From assembly GCA_017620155.1 (NCBI GenBank), contig JAFZQY010000067.1, positions 14,380 to 78,379 of the forward strand: a stretch of 64,000 bases of DNA. The letters are read 5' to 3'. The notes beneath the pieces were generated by a model that saw only the letters and a program-made list of their open reading frames with translations, had not been told where the DNA came from and did no database searches. The stretch comes from Lachnospiraceae bacterium. Its GTDB lineage: Bacteria > Bacillota > Clostridia > Lachnospirales > Lachnospiraceae. Each line of letters opens with the position of its first letter. Within the stretch, counting starts at the first letter, position 1. A program made the translations under genes and the position numbers. Shown here piece by piece: positions 59,137 to 64,000 of the stretch.

Positions 59137-60360
59137 CTATAAGTCTTTTTCGTGCCCGTTGATGATGATCTGATCGTCATCCGTTACCGGAATGAGCACG
59201 AACTTCTGTGCATTTATGATCTCTGTCTTTATCTGTTCCTCTTTAGAAGGATCCACATTAACAATAACACCATCGCCTGAATCCATGACAGATAATCTGC
59301 TCTTTAATTCACTGTTTTCTCTCACGAGATCCTTTTCGTGACGTACGCGTAAGCTCTCCTTAAGTTCCTTCTCGGTCACGAGATTCTCAAGAAGAGGCGC
59401 TTCATCGGCGAATTCATCATGACAGATCTCACGGATGCTCTTCGCACTTGACTCCTCGACATCGTTCTCTTTAAGGATCTCTTCTATCACGCGGTCGTTT
59501 AATACTATCGGAGCGCCGCTCACGATACCTGCCTCTGCATCAGCCCTTAATTCATTTACACGGTCGTTAATGCTCTCGCTGATATCCGTAAGTATGGATT
59601 CGGCCCTGGCGGTATCCTGACCGCACGAGCTGCGGACGATCGCCTGAAAAGTCTTCTTGAGTTCGGTAGCGGATCTCTTCACTCCGCATCCTAAGACCTC
59701 TTCGATGAATTCCGGATGAGAGTCCTTGGGGTCCTTGATGAAGTAATCGACCTTGTGTATGTCGGCGCTTCTTTCATCGAATGCGGGAAAAAGGAATCCC
59801 GTATCGGGCGGAGCAACGATCCAGTCGCGGATGCGCGATCCGATCCTGTTCTCCGCTTCCCTATAGCCCAAGCCCGGTTTGGATAAGTCAACGGGACATA
59901 CGCTCACCAGGATATATTCATAGACCTCTTCCGATTCATCGAGTTTCTGATGATCTGAGGTGCGGGTCATCACATCATATGTGTCCTTGAAGACCAGTAT
60001 CAGGAAGTTGCCCGTATGGCTGTAGTTTTCTATGATCAGGTCATAGAGCCTCTCAAGCAGGTCTTCGTTCTTTAAGTCGCTGCTCTTTAAGCCCATATAG
60101 AACTGCTGGCGTCCGCCGGCTTCCTCTTCATCAGCCGGGAATTCCAGCTCGAGGATATTGTTTCCCACGGCTCCGCCCAGAGTCTTCTTGGCGAGTTCCA
60201 TGTATTTATAGAACTCATCCTCAGGGAGATTCAGGAAATTCTCGTTAAATGTTAAGACCTTATTCTTATAGCCGTCGACATAGCAGCCTGCCATGCGGCT
60301 TATCGTGCAGTTTTCCTTTTTGAACCGGCGGCGCAGTTCGAGTACGTCAGATCGGTTCAT
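59137..60360 (-). CDS. DUF4317 family protein
   Basis: MNRSDVLELRRRF..GCYVD..FLNL..GFLFPAF pattern recognised from Lachnospiraceae DUF4317 proteins. Confidence 0.75.
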   Translation of the reverse strand: MNRSDVLELRRRFKKENCTISRMAGCYVDGYKNKVLTFNENFLNLPEDEFYKYMELAKKTLGGAVGNNILELEFPADEEEAGGRQQFYMGLKSSDLKNEDLLERLYDLIIENYSHTGNFLILVFKDTYDVMTRTSDHQKLDESEEVYEYILVSVCPVDLSKPGLGYREAENRIGSRIRDWIVAPPDTGFLFPAFDERSADIHKVDYFIKDPKDSHPEFIEEVLGCGVKRSATELKKTFQAIVRSSCGQDTARAESILTDISESINDRVNELRADAEAGIVSGAPIVLNDRVIEEILKENDVEESSAKSIREICHDEFADEAPLLENLVTEKELKESLRVRHEKDLVRENSELKSRLSVMDSGDGVIVNVDPSKEEQIKTEIINAQKFVLIPVTDDDQIIINGHEKDL

Positions 60361-60361
60361 G

Positions 60362-62128
60362 TCAGCTTTCTTCCTTCGGCATCTCTATGCGAATATGTAC
60401 ATCGCGAAGCTGGGCCTCGCTGACCTCAGCGGGTGCGCCCATCATAATGTCGCATGCATTCTTGTTCATCGGGAAAGGAATTATCTCGCGGATGCTCTCC
60501 TCGCCGCAGATGAGCATGATCATGCGGTCTACACCGGGAGCTATGCCTGCATGCGGAGGAGCTCCGTAGCAGAAGGCGTTGTACATAGCGGGGAACTTGG
60601 CCTTCACATCATCTTCTCCGAGGCCGACCAGCTTAAATGCCTCGATCATGATCTCGGGATCATGGTTTCTTACGGCACCGCTTGAAAGCTCGACGCCGTT
60701 ACATACGAGGTCGTACTGATATGCCAGGATGCTCAAAGGATCCTGAGTCTTCAGCGCATCGAGACCTCCCTGGGGCATCGAGAAAGGATTGTGGCAGAAT
60801 TCCAGTTCGCCCGACTCCTCGCCTATCTCATACATCGGGAAATCCACGATCCAGCAGAACTCATATGCATCCTGCTTCATATGCTTTTCGGATGCGGATC
60901 CGAGAAGTTTTCTTAAGGTTCCGGCGCTCTTAAGTGCAGCGCCCTTGTCTCCGCAGGTAAGTCCCACGAAGTCTCCGGCCTTTATTCCGAGCGCGCTCTT
61001 TACTTCATCTGCTTTTTCCTGAAGGAACTTGGCGATGCCGCCGGCGATCGCGCCGGTCTCGTCAACCTTGAACCAGTAGCCTTTTCCGCCGGAGATCATC
61101 TCGATCTCGGCCATGATCGCATCTATCTGCTTGCGCGTAGCTTCGAAGCCGTCGACCACGATGGCCTTGATCACGTCTGCCTCTCCGAAAGGAGGAAAGC
61201 CGCAGTCCTTCATAAGAGCGGTCACATCGGTAAGCTCCAAGTCGATACGAAGATCGGGCTTATCGGTTCCGTACTTTTCCATGGACTCAAGATAAGGGAT
61301 CCTCTTAAAAGGCGCCTTGGAAGCGTTCTTATATACTCCGTACTCTTCGAACACGGGAGGGAGCACCTCTTCTACTACCGCAAATACATCTTCCTGGGAT
61401 GCAAAAGCCATCTCCATGTCGAGCTGGTAGAACTCTCCGGGAGAACGGTCCGCTCTCGCGTCCTCATCCCTGAAGCAGGGAGCTATCTGGAAATATCTGT
61501 CAAAGCCCGAAGCCATCAGTATCTGCTTGAACTGCTGGGGCGCCTGGGGAAGAGCATAGAACTTGCCCGGATGGTTACGCGCGGGCACCAGATAATCTCT
61601 TGCTCCCTCGGGTGATGAACAGGTAAGGATCGGAGTGGTTATCTCCAGGAAATCCAGTTCGTTCATGCGGCGTCTTAGTTCTGATACGATACGGCTTCTT
61701 AATACCATCTTGCTCTTAACGGCAGGATTTCTTAAGTCCAGATATCTGTATTTGAGTCTCGTATTCTCATCGGCTTCCGTGGATCTGTTGATCTCGAAAG
61801 GAAGCTCGTTGTAGATACACTTGCCGAGGATCTCGATCGATTCGGGAACGACCTCGATATCACCGGTGGCTATATTCGCATTCTTGCTCGAACGCTCTCT
61901 TACCGTACCGGTAACTGACAGTGTGGACTCATTATTCACACCGTCTATCATGTCCATCATCTCTTCGGTCTCTATGACTACCTGGGTAGTTCCGTAGAAA
62001 TCCCTGAGGATCAGAAAGCCCAGATTCTTCGATACCTTACGCAGGTTCTCGTACCATCCGACGATGGTGACCTTCTCTCCCGCGTTTTCTATGCGTAATT
62101 CGTTACATGTATGTGTACGTGACTGCAT
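60362..62128 (-). CDS. aspS: Aspartate--tRNA ligase
   Basis: RTHTC, LRDFYG, YRYLDLR, PEGARDY, YALPQAPQ, CFRDED, PPHAGIAPGVDR. Confidence 0.96.
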   Translation of the reverse strand: MQSRTHTCNELRIENAGEKVTIVGWYENLRKVSKNLGFLILRDFYGTTQVVIETEEMMDMIDGVNNESTLSVTGTVRERSSKNANIATGDIEVVPESIEILGKCIYNELPFEINRSTEADENTRLKYRYLDLRNPAVKSKMVLRSRIVSELRRRMNELDFLEITTPILTCSSPEGARDYLVPARNHPGKFYALPQAPQQFKQILMASGFDRYFQIAPCFRDEDARADRSPGEFYQLDMEMAFASQEDVFAVVEEVLPPVFEEYGVYKNASKAPFKRIPYLESMEKYGTDKPDLRIDLELTDVTALMKDCGFPPFGEADVIKAIVVDGFEATRKQIDAIMAEIEMISGGKGYWFKVDETGAIAGGIAKFLQEKADEVKSALGIKAGDFVGLTCGDKGAALKSAGTLRKLLGSASEKHMKQDAYEFCWIVDFPMYEIGEESGELEFCHNPFSMPQGGLDALKTQDPLSILAYQYDLVCNGVELSSGAVRNHDPEIMIEAFKLVGLGEDDVKAKFPAMYNAFCYGAPPHAGIAPGVDRMIMLICGEESIREIIPFPMNKNACDIMMGAPAEVSEAQLRDVHIRIEMPKEES

Positions 62129-62144
62129 TTTGATCTTTCCTCAC

Positions 62145-63440
62145 TTATTTCTTTAACTTGCTGTCGCGATAGATCACATCGCTTCTCTTGGGACCGTTGG
62201 ATACCATCGTGATGGGATATCCGATCTGCTCTTCGATGAAGTTTACATAATTCTGCGCTTCGATCGGAAGCTCTTCGAATTTGCTGATGCCTCTGATATC
62301 GCATTTCCATCCCGGGAATACCTTGAGTACGGGCTTAGCCTTGTCGAGCAGGTGGGTTACGGGGAACTCTGTGGTAACCTCTCCGTCGATTTCATAGCCC
62401 ACGCATACCGGGATCTCATCCAGATATCCGAGCGCATCGAGAACGGACAGAGCCACATCGGTACATCCCTGCAGACGGCAGCCGTATTTGGATGCCACGC
62501 AGTCATACCAGCCTACTCTTCTGGGACGTCCGGTAGTAGCGCCGTACTCTCCGCCGTCGCCGCCGTGGTTTCTGAGTTCCTCGGCTTCCTTATCGAATAT
62601 CTCCGATACGAATGCTCCGGCACCTACCGCCGAAGAATATGCCTTGGAGATGACTACGATCTGCTGAATCTCATAAGGAGGGATGCCTGCGCCTATCGCA
62701 CCGTATGCGGCAAGAGGCGATGATGAAGTAACCATGGGATAGATTCCGTGATCGGGATCCTTCATCGTACCGAGCTGGCCTTCCAAAAGCACGGTCTTCT
62801 TTTCCTTAAGTGCTTTATCAAGATAGAGGGATACGTCTCCGATGAAAGGCTTAACTCTTTCTCTGACCGATTTGATCCACTCAAGCAGACCTGCCTGATC
62901 AAGAGGTTCGGAATTATAGAGATGTACCAGGAGCGCATCCTTGATGGCAGCTATGCGGGCGATCTTTTCTTTAAGGACTTCATCATCCTGATAGAACTCG
63001 TTGATCTGCCATCCGATCTTGGCATACTTATCAGAGTAAAAAGGAGCGATACCCGATTTGGTGGAGCCGAATGACTTACCTGCGAGCCTGGCCTCCTCTA
63101 ATGTGTCAAATGTCACATGATAAGGCATCATCACCTGAACTCTGTCGGATATCATGATCTGAGGAGTGGGCACGCCCTTGGATGTGATATCATCTAACTC
63201 CTTCATGAACTTCTCGATATCAAAGGCAACGCCGTTACCTATGATATTCATTATCTTCTGATGAAATACGCCTGAAGGCATCGTATGAAGTGCGAACTTG
63301 CCGTAATCATTCACGATCGTATGACCGGCGTTTGCTCCTCCCTGAAAGCGGATGACTATATCCGCATCCTCGGCAAGCATATCGGTAAACTTGCCTTTTC
63401 CTTCGTCGCCCCAGTTAGCGCCTACAACTGCCTTTACCAT
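62145..63440 (-). CDS. purA: Adenylosuccinate synthetase
   Basis: WGDEGKGK, QGGANAGHT, LEGQLG, GATTGRPRRVGW. Confidence 0.97.
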   Translation of the reverse strand: MVKAVVGANWGDEGKGKFTDMLAEDADIVIRFQGGANAGHTIVNDYGKFALHTMPSGVFHQKIMNIIGNGVAFDIEKFMKELDDITSKGVPTPQIMISDRVQVMMPYHVTFDTLEEARLAGKSFGSTKSGIAPFYSDKYAKIGWQINEFYQDDEVLKEKIARIAAIKDALLVHLYNSEPLDQAGLLEWIKSVRERVKPFIGDVSLYLDKALKEKKTVLLEGQLGTMKDPDHGIYPMVTSSSPLAAYGAIGAGIPPYEIQQIVVISKAYSSAVGAGAFVSEIFDKEAEELRNHGGDGGEYGATTGRPRRVGWYDCVASKYGCRLQGCTDVALSVLDALGYLDEIPVCVGYEIDGEVTTEFPVTHLLDKAKPVLKVFPGWKCDIRGISKFEELPIEAQNYVNFIEEQIGYPITMVSNGPKRSDVIYRDSKLKK

Positions 63441-63457
63441 CTCATTCCTCCTGTGTG

Positions 63458-64000
63458 TTATACATTGATCTCGGCTTTGGCACCGAGCATTTCCTTATGC
63501 GAATCACGTATCGGCTTAATGACCGATGCGATGAACTTATCAACCTGAAGCGGAGCCCTGCCCACATATTTGGCAGGTTCCATGGCGGCCTTAAGATCCT
63601 CGAGATCCATGCCGAAGCAGGGTTCCTCAGCTATGAGCTCGAGCAGATTGTTGTCGAGGCCGAGCTTCTTGACGTTATTTCCCGCTTCCATGGACAGCTG
63701 TCTGATCTTCTCGTGAAGTTCCTGTCTGTTGCCGCCCGCCTTAACGGCGTCCATCATGATGTTCTCTGTAGCCATGAACGGAAGCTCGCTCATGAGTCTC
63801 TTGGCGATGACTTTCTCATTGACCACAAGACCGTCCACGACATTGAGGCACAGATCCAGCACGCCGTCTATCGCCAGGAATGCCTCGGGGATCGAAAGCC
63901 TCTTATTGGCCGAATCATCGAGCGTCCTCTCGAACCACTGAGTAGCCGAGGTAATGGCCGGATTGAGTGCATCTATCATCACATATCTGGAGAGTGATGC
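63458..64000 (-). CDS. purB: Adenylosuccinate lyase (C-terminal part; begins beyond window end)
   Basis: QWFERTLDDSANKR, ELPFMATENIMM, GNRQELHEKIR, YVGRAP; adjacent to purA. Confidence 0.93.
   Translation of the reverse strand, partial: ASLSRYVMIDALNPAITSATQWFERTLDDSANKRLSIPEAFLAIDGVLDLCLNVVDGLVVNEKVIAKRLMSELPFMATENIMMDAVKAGGNRQELHEKIRQLSMEAGNNVKKLGLDNNLLELIAEEPCFGMDLEDLKAAMEPAKYVGRAPLQVDKFIASVIKPIRDSHKEMLGAKAEINV

Noticed and set aside
57-63997. Many + strand ORFs of 60-280 aa in the track (e.g. 41984-42826, 46527-47285, 34328-35074)
   Set aside because: They are antisense shadows of well-supported minus-strand genes, with no recognisable motifs.

Overview
Chromosomal segment of a Firmicute, most likely a Lachnospiraceae (inferred from gene content and gene order). 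Nearly every gene is on the minus strand; only fliB and murE are on the plus strand. Housekeeping blocks: gpmI (partial), a LacI-linked sugar ABC importer, tRNA-Arg(CCG), efp, yqeG-aroE-aroK-aroQ, a reduced dcw cluster (mraZ-rsmH-ftsL-pbp-mraY-ftsW-ftsQ-ftsZ-nrdR), lgt, ychF, priA-def-fmt-rsmB-rlmN-stp-prkC-rsgA, murE, aspS, purA and purB (partial). Between these lie five c-di-GMP enzymes. The most unusual are a GNAT-EAL-beta-helix fusion facing the flagellin methylase fliB, and a LacI-type sugar-binding GGDEF cyclase directly upstream of an alpha-galactosidase, ugd and a GHL10 hydrolase. Other notable elements: a LexA-boxed, apparently leaderless Y-family polymerase plus a YolD/YqjX-like partner; a MoxR-like AAA ATPase plus LRR gene pair whose leader holds a covarying 2x56-bp REP/BIME-like hairpin array; a sigma-28 promoter in front of an orphan gene; a DnaA box among MraZ boxes; and repeated short tandem duplications. 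I saw no CRISPR array, integrase, transposase, prophage or rRNA. All family assignments come from recognising motifs by eye; no searches were run.
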